Origin: the human T2T-CHM13v2.0 reference genome, Homo sapiens
Assembly: GCF_009914755.1 (NCBI RefSeq)
Contig: NC_060927.1
Direction: 5' to 3' (one strand)
DNA: 64,000 nucleotides
Shown here in pieces: positions 28,130 to 40,800 of this stretch; the first letter of the stretch is position 1, and each line of letters starts with the position of its first letter. The notes under the pieces are model-generated. The model was not told the DNA's origin. It worked only from the letters and a program-made list of their open reading frames with translations, and ran no database searches. The position numbers and the translations under genes were made by a program.

Positions 28130-28420
28130 TTTTTAAAAATAATTTTTTATTTTTATTATTTGTGGGGACATAGTAGGTATATATATTTATGGGGTACATG
28201 AGATGTTTTGACATAGGGATGCAATGTGTAATAATCACATCATGGAGAATGAGGTATCCATGCCCTCAAGGATTTATCCTTTGTGTTACAAACCATCCAA
28301 TTATACCGTTTTAGTTATTTTAAAATGTACAGTTAAGTTATTATTGACTGTAGCCACCCTCTTGTGCTGTCAGATACTAGGTCTTATTCATTCATTCTAA
28401 CTAGTTTTTCATACTCATTA
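28130..28420 (-). mobile_element. L1MA2/3-like 3'-end fragment
   Basis: catagtaggtatatatatttatggggtacatgagatgttttga...ccctcaaggatttatcctttgtgttacaaac. Confidence 0.85.
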
Positions 28421-29612
28421 CTGTCAAAATTTTTTAAATTTAGCTGTGGCAGAGGGAGGAATAAAGCCTCTGTGCTTGCTTTCTGACCCAAACTCCCTGC
28501 AGTTGTTTGTTATATTAATTGGAAAATAGGGTGACCTAATGACCAGACCAATGACCGCAGGCTCAGCCTTACCTCAGTCAACACCCAGTCCTAGGAGAAG
28601 GTGGGAAGAAGAAGGGTCTCAAGAGAGGCCAGTGGGAACCAGAGAAGACAGTGACTCAAGACCCCTTCCCTGTGCAGCCACCAAGTAGACGAATAAGCTT
28701 TCCCTGTCCTCTCTCTTGGGAAGGAGGGAAAAATGGTGACCACTTGAGAGGAAAAACGTACCCAAAGAACCCATTTAAAAACACTACTGAATTGTATTTG
28801 ATGAGAAAGTTTAAATAATCCCTCTCTACATTCCCACATTTCAACATTAGTAGAAATGGGGTCTAAAGAGCTTGCCTGATAAGTTCTGCTATCAAAATAA
28901 ATCTGCCTCTGCCATCACTGTACATCTAAATCAGCTTATACCAGTTTAGGGCAACACCTCCAGGTGGGAATGTCCCAGAAAGAAGCAGCACTCTGAAGCC
29001 TAGAGGAAGAGATGAATCAGGCTCTGAGGGATTCTTTTCAAATGGCACCTCCCGCCCATTATATCCCAACCCCATCCCATTATCTTGAAGGAATATTGTG
29101 GATGTGAAAGATCTGGAAGAATAAAAAATATTGCGAATTAGGGTGGTAGAAGGATAGGTGGAGAACAGAAATGATCACCTGCTACTGAAAGATAAGAAAG
29201 AACAAAATCAGATGACCACGATGTTAGACAAATTCTATAACAACAGAGTCACAGAAAGGTCCATGGAAGGCGGGATCTATGGGAGGAAAACAGGAAAAGA
29301 AATGGCAGCTGCAGAAGATAAAGCTTCTATGAACACTAAAACTTCCTCCTTTTCTACATTCATAAATGGTGTCAATTTCAATGTATTTCAAGTCTTTTCT
29401 TTCAATCTGGTAATGACTCTCATATTTAACATGATGCTTCTTCACTGTTAACTACATCAGTAAATATAAAGGGTGAGGAAGTTAACTGAGAGATCGGAAC
29501 TTTTGAAAGCCTTTAATTAAGCCTTGGCCCCAATACCTAAGAAGGTTCAGAAGCCTTCTGTGTGTTTATTCCTCCATTATCTTCTGCTCTGAGGGGGATC
29601 CCATGGACTCTC

Positions 29613-29613
<1 letters not shown>

Positions 29614-29673
<60 letters not shown>

Positions 29674-29679
29674 ACACAC
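29614..29679. repeat. (CA)n microsatellite, ~27 perfect units plus an interrupted tail
   Basis: Directly visible. Confidence 0.98.
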
Positions 29680-31498
29680 GTCTCCCTAAAGAAGAGACCA
29701 GATGTATTAGGTCTGGGAATGTATGTTAGAGAGGACTACTGCAATCCTTTCTTTCTTCACCTTAAACTTAGGTTTCCAAATGTCTGTTCAACAGGAATGA
29801 GAAGTGATTTATATCATGTTTTTGCTCCTTACATCTTCAAGTTAACAAAATTGAGCTGATTTCTAACAAGTTAAATGCATACTTTTTTTCTTGGTGGGGG
29901 GGTGATAATGCAATGTCTTCTCAAGCTATAACTTCGGTGATCGTTCAAGACAGCATTGAATTCTTCTGCCTGAGTTATGCTGGCTAATAGGAATTTAATT
30001 GAGAACCAGTGGGAGAGCACTGAAGCATTCATGCATGTGAAATCAGATGAACACCCACAATGTGGAATTTCCTAAGGAAAGTTATTCTGGCAGAGAAATA
30101 CAGACCAGGTTGAGTGCCAGTAACTTTTAAGCTAAGATGTGGAGCTATCTTCCTAATAAGTAACGAGCTAAAGGTCCCTAAAGAAAAGTGAGGCCAATAT
30201 TTTCAACTCTATATTTTCAAACATTTTAAAAACATCAGCTCAGAGTTATATACAATTCCCTTCCTCTGTAAGATATTAATCTTCCTTAACTTTGATTCCA
30301 TATAATAATGTTTATGTTTGAAAGGCACATGCACAACTTATTTAGGTAAATCTAAAATAAACAGCAAGACAGAATAACTAATTTATCTATGAAAAGAAAT
30401 TGAAATCAGGAGCTGATTTCTATTCAGTAATTATAATACAAGTCTTCCTGAAACATTTCCTTTCAACTGGCCTACTTAAAACCATGTCAATTTTCCACTT
30501 CTTGTGCAATTCTAGATGACAGTGTGAATTCAGCTTCAGTTTCTACTCATAAAGGTTAAAGAGACGCTTTCTAACACCTATCCTGTATCAGGTCAACTCA
30601 ATTACCTTTCAAAGTTGCCTAAATCGTGAAATATTGGTGGTTCAAATACATGAATTCTGCACATTTCAGAATAGATGTACATAGGTGTACATAAATGTAT
30701 ATCACATCATATAGTATGCAAATACATTTACTCCTGGAGGCTTTCTAAAATGTAAAGCTAAAGCTGAATCTTCACCTTCCAGTAATTTTATAATAATTTT
30801 CCCCATCATATAGGGATTTGGAATTCTGATATCAGTCATAGCCATTGGGTTCTGTTTTCTTATTCGCAAAATGGAGTTAATTATAATATCTGCCTCATGT
30901 AATTGTTGAGAAGAGTAATATAGGAAGATTGCCTGAAAACAGTAACCGCTCAATAAATGCTAACTATTGTTCTATCATTATCATCATTTTTGTTATTGCT
31001 GTTATTATTGTTCAGCAATTTTTTTAAAAATTAGACAATTAGAAAAATGCTTTCTATTAGACAGATGGCTCATGCTCATTCATTGCATATATTTTGAAAT
31101 TTAGCTAGAGCTATGATAAATTAGTCTTTATTTTGCTATATTTAAGCTAGACTGCTATAATATTTTATTTTATAACATCCCTGAAAAACTCAGCAAGCTC
31201 TTCGTGAGTGCAAAATGTTACAACTTGAACATTACTTTCCAAGAAGATGACTCAACATATTCTACACTAGTTGAAAGACAATACTCCAGGCTTTCTGATG
31301 TAAAAGGATTTAAAAACCCTTGAGCATATGGTGTTTGCACTGCTTTTGTTACTATGGCCTACAATTGTTGGGGTACCTATTCATTTATTTCAAACTGATG
31401 TGTCACATAAAAGGAACAACAACAAAAACACAACATGCAGTGAAATTCTATGTAGAGGAATGTAGCTTCAGTCACTGTGTGTCTTAATTAGAAAGAAT

Positions 31499-31815
31499 AG
31501 CCGGGCGTAGTGGCTCATGCCTGTAATCCCAGCACTTTAGGATACTGAGGTGGGCATATCACTGGAGGTCAGGACTTTGAGACCAGCCTGGCCAACATGG
31601 CAAAATCATGTCTCTACTAAAAATACAAAATTAGCTGGGTGTGGTGGCGTGTGCTTGTAATCCCAGCTACTCAGGAGGCTGAGGCAGGAGAATCACTTGG
31701 ACCCAGGAGGCAGAGGTTGCAGTGAGCCAAGAAGGCACCACGGCACTCCAGCCTGGGTGACAGAGCAAGACTCTGTCTCAAAACAAACAAACAAACAAAC
31801 AAACAAACAAACAAA
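31499..31815 (+). mobile_element. AluS with (CAAA)n tail
   Basis: Full dimer; tail converted to a CAAA microsatellite; no obvious TSD. Confidence 0.94.
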
Positions 31816-32244
31816 CTCCTGCAGTAAGGATTAACTGTGGGTTTATGCCTGGAGATCATTTTAAGGTTCTGTATCTCACAGTTCATGCTCATTGGTTGCT
31901 TTCTTTTAGTCATAATCAATTTCCAAGGTGCTAGTTTCACTGCTCAGAGGATGAACAACTTAATGAAATTAGGGTAGTTTCTGTTATAATACTGCTAGTA
32001 CATGAAACTTAATCATAAAGGGTTGAACAAAAACACAATACAAAGTTTTTATGCATTTCTTTCAAACTAAGTCTTACTAAAAATGGTAAACACTTCCCTG
32101 ATGCTTCAAAAACAGAGAACTTTACTGATATCTATTAATATTTTATGGGTAATAAATCCAAAATGCAAATTTTAAACAAAGCTGGAACCTATTTTTAATT
32201 GCTCACGCTGAACAACCTTTGAACAGCAAGGTCCTTGTAAAAGA

Positions 32245-32360
32245 CATTCATTCATTCATTTACTCATTCATACAGCAAACATTTCAGAGCACGCATTTTA
32301 CGCCAGGCATGATGTTAGGATACAGAAATGATGACATGGTCTATGTCTTACAGGGAGCTT
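32245..32360 (-). mobile_element. L2 3'-end fragment
   Basis: (cattc)n then cagcaaacatttcagagcac...gccaggcatgatgttagg. Confidence 0.65.
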
Positions 32361-32897
32361 GGATTGTTTCTCTCCCTAATATCCTACTCCTTGACGTTCA
32401 ATGTCTTCAATCCACAGTAATATTATGCGTTAAGGAGACAACAACCCGTATCACAAATGATAAAATGTGAACTCTGAATTAGCAGTCATCATCTCCCACT
32501 TGACTACAAGAAGATGTCCTCAAACTATACACTTTATTAGGGAATATATATTAGAATAAAGCAAAACAAAACAAAAAATCTGTTATTGGGAAACCAAGTG
32601 GGATCTTAGTCTTTACTTTCTCACCAGAGTGGGGAAGGATAGGGTGACCCGGTGCAGCGGACAGGGAACCACTTTGGAACTACCTGTCTTCTAACTGCCT
32701 GCAGGAGATGATTTCTTGGTTACTTATTAGGGCTTTTTATAAGCAACATTCCTCATTCCTCGCGTGGGCAGGAAGAAAGGAGCTCCTGTTTTCCCAGCTT
32801 ACTCCATCTTCACCTGAGGGTCATCTCCCTTCCTTCCCACCCAGCCACTGAACGAGAAAAGCTTTAACTGGGCAGACCTGAATGATTCTCCTCCTAC

Positions 32898-33050
32898 CTA
32901 AGCAGTTGTGGCTCAGCCCCGCGGGGACAGGGCGAAGCTCTGGACTCCTCCCAGCCACAGCATCTGCCAACACCGGCTTCCCAACGTCCCACTGCGAGGC
33001 CTGATCAGGCTGCTTGCTCGCGGGGACGCCAGGACTTGAAACGTCCCGTG
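32898..33050 (-). other. SPATA16: Probable non-coding exon 1 (5'UTR) of SPATA16; 5' end approximate
   Basis: Only non-repeat CpG/GC-rich patch in the window. Minus-strand donor CTTAG|gtagga at 32898/32897. Exon 2 has an acceptor and so needs an upstream exon; the ~23.4-kb intron agrees with my recall of the gene structure. Confidence 0.72.
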
Positions 33051-33120
33051 CCACGAGGCCCATCGCGCCCACAAGTGGCGCGGGTCACTGGCACCTCCCT
33101 AGTCTTTCCTCTTGAGTTGC
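32900..33120 (-). promoter_or_regulatory. SPATA16: Small CpG-rich, TATA-less promoter region of SPATA16
   Basis: CpG cluster (ccccgcgggg, ctcgcggggacgcc, cgtcccgtgccacg, tcgcgccc...ggcgcggg) in a CpG-depleted background. Confidence 0.65.
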
Positions 33121-33479
33121 ACTTGATGTTTCCAATAATAAAAACAAGGTTATTTATATTTTTCCGTTCAGATTCTAAAAGCAATATGATCAATAAAATA
33201 ATCTGGAAGATACAGAAAGATGTACATAAAATAAAAATTATCTGTATTCTAAAGAGAAGCACTGAAAACATTTTCATGTATATCTTTGCAGTCTCTTTAC
33301 TATGAATAGATTAAAAAAAAATCATACCATTCTGTCTCTTTCACACAAAACTACACAGATACAATATAGACTTTATACATACATTTTATAAAGTTTTGTA
33401 TTTGTTCTCTTTTAAAGAAAATTATTTTAAACATTTTACTCTAAAACCATTTATGAGATCTCATAAGCTCCTACCTATG

Positions 33480-33625
33480 TATGTTTTAGAGTAAAATATG
33501 TATATTATATAGAATATATAAATGTATATTATATATCAAATGTATCATGTATTATACTAACATGTTATATGATAATATTATATAACATGTTATGTTATAT
33601 ATGTAATTATGTATATTTAAACATA
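33480..33625. repeat. AT-rich low-complexity (TA-like) tract
   Basis: tatgtatattatatagaatatata...gttatatgataatattatataac. Confidence 0.8.
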
Positions 33626-36263
33626 AACGCACTTTACCTTCTATGCATTTTAGGCAGCACATTACTGATACATTTGAAGAAATCTATGTACCCCTAAGGA
33701 CTGCGTCTTCCTCCTAGCCACTGTTGTGACTTGTATGACAAACATCCCTTGCTTTCCTTTATAGCTTAACAAATCATACATGCATCACTTTTTATTGAAA
33801 TATGACATATATCCAGAAAAATGAATGAACTGCAGTGTGTTGAATAAATTATCACAACGTGAACCCATCAGAATAACCACCACCTCAATAAAAAATTAAA
33901 TTCTTAGCACCCCAGAAACCCCTTCTAATTTCCATTCCTTTTCATTCACCGTAGGTAGTGACTGTTGTGGTTTCTAACACCACAGTTTAGTTTTGTCTGT
34001 TTTTGAACATAATAAAAATAGTCCAGTTATGGTTTTACTACTCTATGCTGCCATTGATTACAGTAGTATAATCTATCTTTTACAAAGTACACTAAATATG
34101 ATGACTAAATTTCACTTCTTGGGTAAAAAGTTTGTCTTATTCACACTTTCCCACCCCCACTCTCTCCTACCTCTCTGCAAAAAACGGGGAAACTACGCTT
34201 CAAGGTAAGGTGTAAGGATTGATTGAGATGAGGTGCATGAAGCCTCTGCTGTGTGATAACAGGCTTTTCAATCCCTCTGCAGTAGTCATAATCTCCCTAC
34301 TACCTCTCACTGATGTATCTCCATCCTGCCTTCAAAGCTCTGCTTCCTTAAAAAATTTTTTTAACCTAGTAAACAGTTCTGCAAGTTTTGATTGTAAGTG
34401 CCACACAATTCAAGATTTAAAACATTACTTTCACCCATAAAAATAACACTATGTCTCTGTAGTCAACTCAGCGGATCATTTCCACACCCTGGCATCTACT
34501 GATGTGTTTTTTGTCCCTTTAGTGTTATCTTTTCCAAAGGTCAAATAAATGGAATTATATAGCATGTAGTCTTTTGAATCAGACTTCTTTCATTCAGCAT
34601 ATTACATATGAGATTCACATTGCTGTGGTGTTTATCAGGAGTTCAGTCCTGTTTATTGCTGAGTAATGTTCTATTTGTGTGCATATACCACAGTTTATCT
34701 ATTCACTAGTTGAGGAATATTTGGGGGTGGTCATGAATAAAGCTCCTATAAATATTTGTATACGTATGTTTGTGTAAATTTAAGTTTTACTTTACTTAAA
34801 TACCTACTGATCAGATTGCTGGGCCATATGGGGTTTAACTTCATAAGAAACAGCCAAATTATTTTCCAAAATTTCTGTACCATTTTGCTTTCCCATCAGC
34901 AATACATGAGATTTCCAGTTACTCTCACATCCTCACCAGCACTTGGTTTTGTCAGATTTTCTTTTCATTTTAAAAATAATATTTCCTTTGGGTGTCTCCT
35001 TGTGGTTTTAATTTTCATTCCCTAATAGCAAATGACATTGAGTATATTTTCATGTGCTTATTTGCCATTTATATCTTCTTTGTTGAAGTGCCTGGCCCAA
35101 TCTTTTGCTCATTTTAAAATAAATGGATTGTTTTATTACTTGGTTTTTTACTTGGTTTATTTTTACTTGGTTTATTACTTCTTTTATTCTAAATATAAGC
35201 CCTTTATCAGACTTGTGTTTTAAGTATGTTTTTCCAGTCTGTGCTTGTCTCTTTATTCTCTAAGCCACATCTTTCAAGGAGTAGAAGGTCCTAACTTTGA
35301 TACATTTCATTTACCTTTTTTATGGCTTGTGTCTTTGATTTTATGTCTAAGAAATCTTTTTCTAACCCCAAGTCACAAAGATTTTTCTCCTAAGTTTTCA
35401 TTTGAGAGCTTCCTAGTTTTTAGGTTTTACATTTACGATATGATCATTTATGACTTAATTTTTGTGTGGGGTGCAAGTTATGAGTTGAGGTTAATTTCTT
35501 TTTGCAAATAGAGGTCCAGTTGTTCCTGCACCATTTGTTGAAAAGACCATCCTTTTTCCATTGAATGGCCTTTGTACCTTTGTTGAAAAATCAATGCACA
35601 AGTCTATTTCTGTACTCTCTAGTCTGTTCTATTGATCTATATGTTTGCTTTTTCTTCAATATCACACTGTCCTGGTTACTATAGCTTTATAAAGTTCTAA
35701 TTTCAGATAGTGCATATCCTTCAACTTTGTTCTTCTTTTCCAAAAGTATTTTGTATATTCTAATTTCTTTGCTTTTCCATGTAAATTCTAGAATCACCTT
35801 GTTGATTTTTATCGAAAATATCTTGTTACAATTTTGATTGGAATTGTTGAAATCTATAGAACAATTTAGGAAAAACTGACATTTTAGCAAATGAGTCTTC
35901 CAATCCATTATCACTGCATACAGGCATATATCAGAGATATTGTGGGTTTGGTTCCCAACCACTATAATTAAGTGAATATTGCGATAAAGTGAGTCACATT
36001 AAGTTTTTGGTTTCCCAAAAGCAAAAACTGCACATAAAAATTATGTTTATGCTGTACTGTAGTCTATTAAGTGTGCAATAGAATTATGTCTAAAAAATAC
36101 ATTCCATATTTAAAAATACATTATTGCTAAAAAATGCTGATAATCATTTGAGATTTCAGTGAGTTACAATCTTATTGCTGATTTAGAGTCTTGCCTCAAT
36201 GTTAATGGCTACTGATTGATCAGGATGGTGATTGCTGATGGTTGAGGTAACTGTGGTAATTTC

Positions 36264-37550
36264 TTAAAATATGACAGTGAAGTTTGTTGCATTGATAATT
36301 TTTTTTTCACAGAAGATTTCTCTGCAGCATGTGATGCTGTTTGATAGTATTTTACCCACAGAAGAACTTATTTCAAAATTGGAGTCAATCCTCTCAAACT
36401 CTGCAGCTGCTTTATCCAATAAGTTTACAGAATATTCAAAATCTTTTGTTGTCCTTTCAACAATGTTCAAAGCATCTTCCCTAAGAGGAGACTCTATCTC
36501 AAGAAACTACTTTCTTTGTTCATCCATAAGAAGCAACTCTGTATCCATTCAAGTTGTATCATGGGATTGCAGCAATTCAGTCACATCTTCAAGCTCCACT
36601 TCTAATTCTAGATCCTTTCTATTTCTAACATATCTGCAGTTAACTTCTCCACTGAAGTCTTGAACCCCTGAAAGTCATTCATGAGAGTTAGAATCAACTT
36701 CTTCCAAGCCCCTGTAGTTAATGTTGATATTTTGGCCTCCTCACATGAATTGCAAATATTCCTAATGGCACTTAGACTAGTCAATCATTTCCAGAAGGCT
36801 TTCAATTTAGTTTGTCCAGATCCACCAGGGGAATCACTATCTATGGCAGCTATAGCCTTACAAAATGCACTTCTTTAATAATAAGACTGGAAAATCTAAA
36901 TGACTTCTTGATCCAGAATGGATATTGTGTTAGCAGGCATGAAAACAACATTAATCTCCTTGTACATTCCCATTAGAGTTCTTGGGTGACTAGGTGCATT
37001 GTCAATGAGCAGTAATATCTCAAAAGAACTATATTTTTCTGAGCAGTAGACTTAAAATGTTCAACAAAGCATGTTGTAAACACATATGCTATCATTCAGG
37101 CTTAGGTTTTCCATTTATAGAGCACAAGCAAAGTGGATCTAGTATAATTCTTAAGGGCTGAAAATTCTAGGGAATTTTCACAGTGGTAACTGAGCATCGG
37201 CTTCAACTTAAAGTCACCAGCTGTATTAGCCCCTAACAGGAGAGTCAGCTTGTCCTTTGAACCTTTGAAGCCAGGCATTGACTTCTCCTCTCTGGTTATA
37301 AAAGTCCTAGTTGACATCTTCTTCTAATAGAAGGCTATATGTCTACATTGAAAATCTCTTGTTTAGTGTAGCCATATTCATTAATGATCTTAGCTAGATC
37401 TTCTGGATAACTTGGTGCAGCTTTTACAGCACTTGCTGCCTCACCTTGCACTTTTATGTTATGAAGATGGTTTCTTTCCTTCAGTCTCATGAGGCAACCT
37501 CTTCTAGGTTCCAACTTCTCTTTAGCTTCTTCACCTCTCTCAGGCTTCAT
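36264..37550 (-). pseudogene. Tigger1 (pogo/CENP-B-like DDE) transposase remnants
   Basis: ORF pieces [11 protein letters not shown]...[23 protein letters not shown]; [39 protein letters not shown]; [15 protein letters not shown]; broken by stops and frameshifts. Confidence 0.9.
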
Positions 37551-37832
37551 AGAATTAAAGAGCTTTAGTAGGGCCTTGGCTCTGGATTAGGTTTTTGCTT
37601 AAGGGAATGTTGTAGCTGTCTTGGTCTTCTTTCTACGTCACTAAAATTTCTCCATATCAATAATTAGACTGTTTCACTTTCTTATCATTGATGTGTTCCT
37701 TTGCATTCACAACTTGGCCTACCTGTTTGGCACAATGTTACCTAAATTTCAGCCTATTTCAGTTTTTAACCTGCCTTTTTCACTAAGTTAAGTCACTTAT
37801 AGTTTTTGATTTAAAAAAATGAGAAATCTGAG

Positions 37833-40800
37833 AGAGGGCGGAGCAAGATGGCAAAATAGAAAGCTCCATCAATCATGCCCCTGCAAGGACATCAAGTTAA
37901 CAACTATCAACACAGAAAAAATACCTTCAAAAGAACCAAAAATTCGGTGAGCACTCGTAGTACCTGGTTTTCACTTTATATCGCTGAAAGAGACACTGAA
38001 GAGACTTAACAGTCCCGAATCATCGACACTGCCCCTCTCCCACCCCATGCAGCTATGTGGTACAGAGAGCTCATTTCTGGGTGCTGGGAGAGGGAGAACA
38101 CAGCAATTGTGAGGCAATGAGCTCCGTGCTGTCCTGTTAGAGCAGCAAGGAAAACCAGACCAAACTCAGCTGATGTCTGCCCATGGAGGGAGCATTGAAA
38201 ACAGTCCTAGCCAGAGAGGAATCACTGATCTCAGTAGTGGTCCAAACTTGAGCGACTGCAAACCTCACCACTGAGGGCTACAGCACTCTGTGTCTCTAAG
38301 TAAACTTGAAGGGCAGTCTACACCATAAGAACCACAACTCTTAGGTGAGTCCTAGTGCTGAACTGGGCTCAGAACAGTGGACTGAGAGGGCACATGACAT
38401 ACTGAGACACCAGCTGGGGCAGCCAAGGGAGTGCCGGCATCTCCCCTCTGCTATCTTCAGGCTGCACAGCTCACAGATCCAAAAGAGACCCCTATCTTTC
38501 ACTTGAGGAGAGGAGAGAGAAGAGTGGGGAGGACTGTGTCTTATATCCAGGATACCAGCAAAGCCATAGCAGGACAGGGTGCCAGTCAGAGTTGTGAGGC
38601 CCGAGGTCCCAGACAAAGTTTCTAGACACACCCTGGGAAAGAAGGGAACCCACTGCGTTGAAGGAAAGGACCCAGTCCTGGCAGCATTCATCAGCTGCTA
38701 ACTGAAGAGCCTTTGGGCCCTTTCTGCTCTTCCCTACCCTTCCCATAGCCACAACCAGTCCAGACTGCAAGGAGTACTCCCAGACTACTGCAGATGTTCC
38801 CTTCAGGCCCAAGTCTCTTAAGTCAGCTCGTCATGATCTTTTCCTGGCCTGGGACTCCCCATTCAGGGTAGTGGGCTCCCCTGTGGCCCAGGGAAGGTCC
38901 AGAAATACCATCCAAGAATCAAGTCTCAGAACTGGGGACCCTAAGAGCCTGCTTGTTGCTCTAACCCCCTGTGGCTGGTACCTAAGTTTCAAGACAAAGC
39001 CCCCTTTACTTTCCCTCTGCTTTTCTCAAGCAGGAGTTTTGCCCTGTAGCCACAATAGCTGGTAACATGTAGAGTCTCACCTGAAGCCAGCAAGTCTCAG
39101 AAATGCTAAAGGGAGTACTTCAGTATGAAAAAAATGACATTAATGAGCAATAAATAATCATCTGAAGGCATTTACAAAACTCACTGGTAATAGTAAGTAC
39201 ACAGAAAAACACAGACTATTATAGCACTGTAACTGTGATGTGTAAGCTAGTCTTATCCTAAGTAGAAAGACTAAATGATGAGCCAATTAAAAATGATAAT
39301 TATAACAACTTTTCAAGATATAGTAAATACAATAAGATATAAATAGAAATTTAAACAAGTTTAAAAGTAGGGGGATTAAGGCATATAATTTTTATTAGTG
39401 TTCTTTTTGGTTATTTGTTTAAACAAACACTGTTAAGTTGTTATCAGATTAAAATAAGGGGTTATAAGATAGGATTTGCAAGCATCACGGTAACCTTAAA
39501 CCAAAGAAACGTACAATGCATATACAAAAAATAAAAAGCAAGATACTAAATTATATTATATCACTGGAGAAAATTATCTTCACTAGAAAAAGACGGGAAT
39601 GAAAGAAAGAAGGAAGACTAAATTCTTAAATCAAAAGACATAGACTGGCTGAATGGATGAAAAAACAAAATCCATTGATCTGTTGCCTACAAGAAACACA
39701 CTTCACCTATAAAGACACTCATAGATTGAAAATAATGAGATGGAAAAAGATAATCCATGCCAATGGAAATCAGAAAAGAGTAGGAGTCACTACACCTATA
39801 TAAGACTAAATAGAGTTCAAGACAAAAACTATAAGACAAGACAAAGCAGGTCACCATGTAATGATGGCAGGGACAATTCAGCAAGAGGATATAACAATTT
39901 TAAATATATGCACCCAACACTGGAGCCCCCCTATATATAAAGGAAATATTATTAGAGAGAGATAGGCCCTGATACAATAAGAGCTGGAGACTTCAACACT
40001 CCACTTTGAGCATTAGACAGATCTTCCAGACAGAACATCAGCAAAGAAACATCAGACTTAATCTGCACTCTAGAACAAATAGATCTAATAGATATTTACA
40101 GAACATTTCATCCAAGAGCTACGGAATACACATTCTTTTTGTCAGCACATGGATCATTCTCAAGGATAGGCCATATGTTAGGATGCAAGCCAAGTCATAA
40201 AACACTCAAAAAAGTTGAAATAATAGCAAGCATCTTCTCTGACCACAATGAAATAAAACTAGAAAGTAATAACAAGGTGAATCTTGGAGACTATACAAAC
40301 ACATAGAAAATAAACAGTATGCTCCTGAATGACCAGTTGGTCAATGAAAACATTAAGAAGAAAATTTACAAATTTCTTGAAACAAATGATAATGGAAAAA
40401 CAAAATACGAAATGCCTCTGACAAATATGGATGCAAAACGTTTGGAATAAAGAAAAAGTAGTACTCAGAGGGAAGTTTATAGCTATGAATGCCTAAATTG
40501 AGAAAAGGAAAAACTTCAAATAAGCAATCTAATGATGCATCTTAAAGAATTAGAAGAGCAAGAGCAAACCAAACCCAAAATTAGCAGAAGAAAAATAATA
40601 AAGAGCAGAAATAAATGAAACTGAAATTAAAAAAACCCAAAAGATTAAAAAAAATTAGTTATTTAAAGAGTTAACATTGACAAACGTTTAGCCAAACTAA
40701 AAAGAAAAAAGAGAGAGAGAGAGAGAAGATCCCAATAAGTAAAATCAGAAATGAAAAAGGACACATTACAACAGATACTGCAGAAATTCCAAGGATTATT

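Noticed and set aside
32821-33305. ORFs over the promoter as a coding first exon
   Set aside because: Exon 1 ends in TAG in frame with the SPATA16 CDS; these ORFs are out of frame or antisense and reflect local GC content.
36264-37550. Domesticated TIGD1-like transposase gene
   Set aside because: Multiple stops and frameshifts, and the 5' part is split by a 5.9-kb L1.
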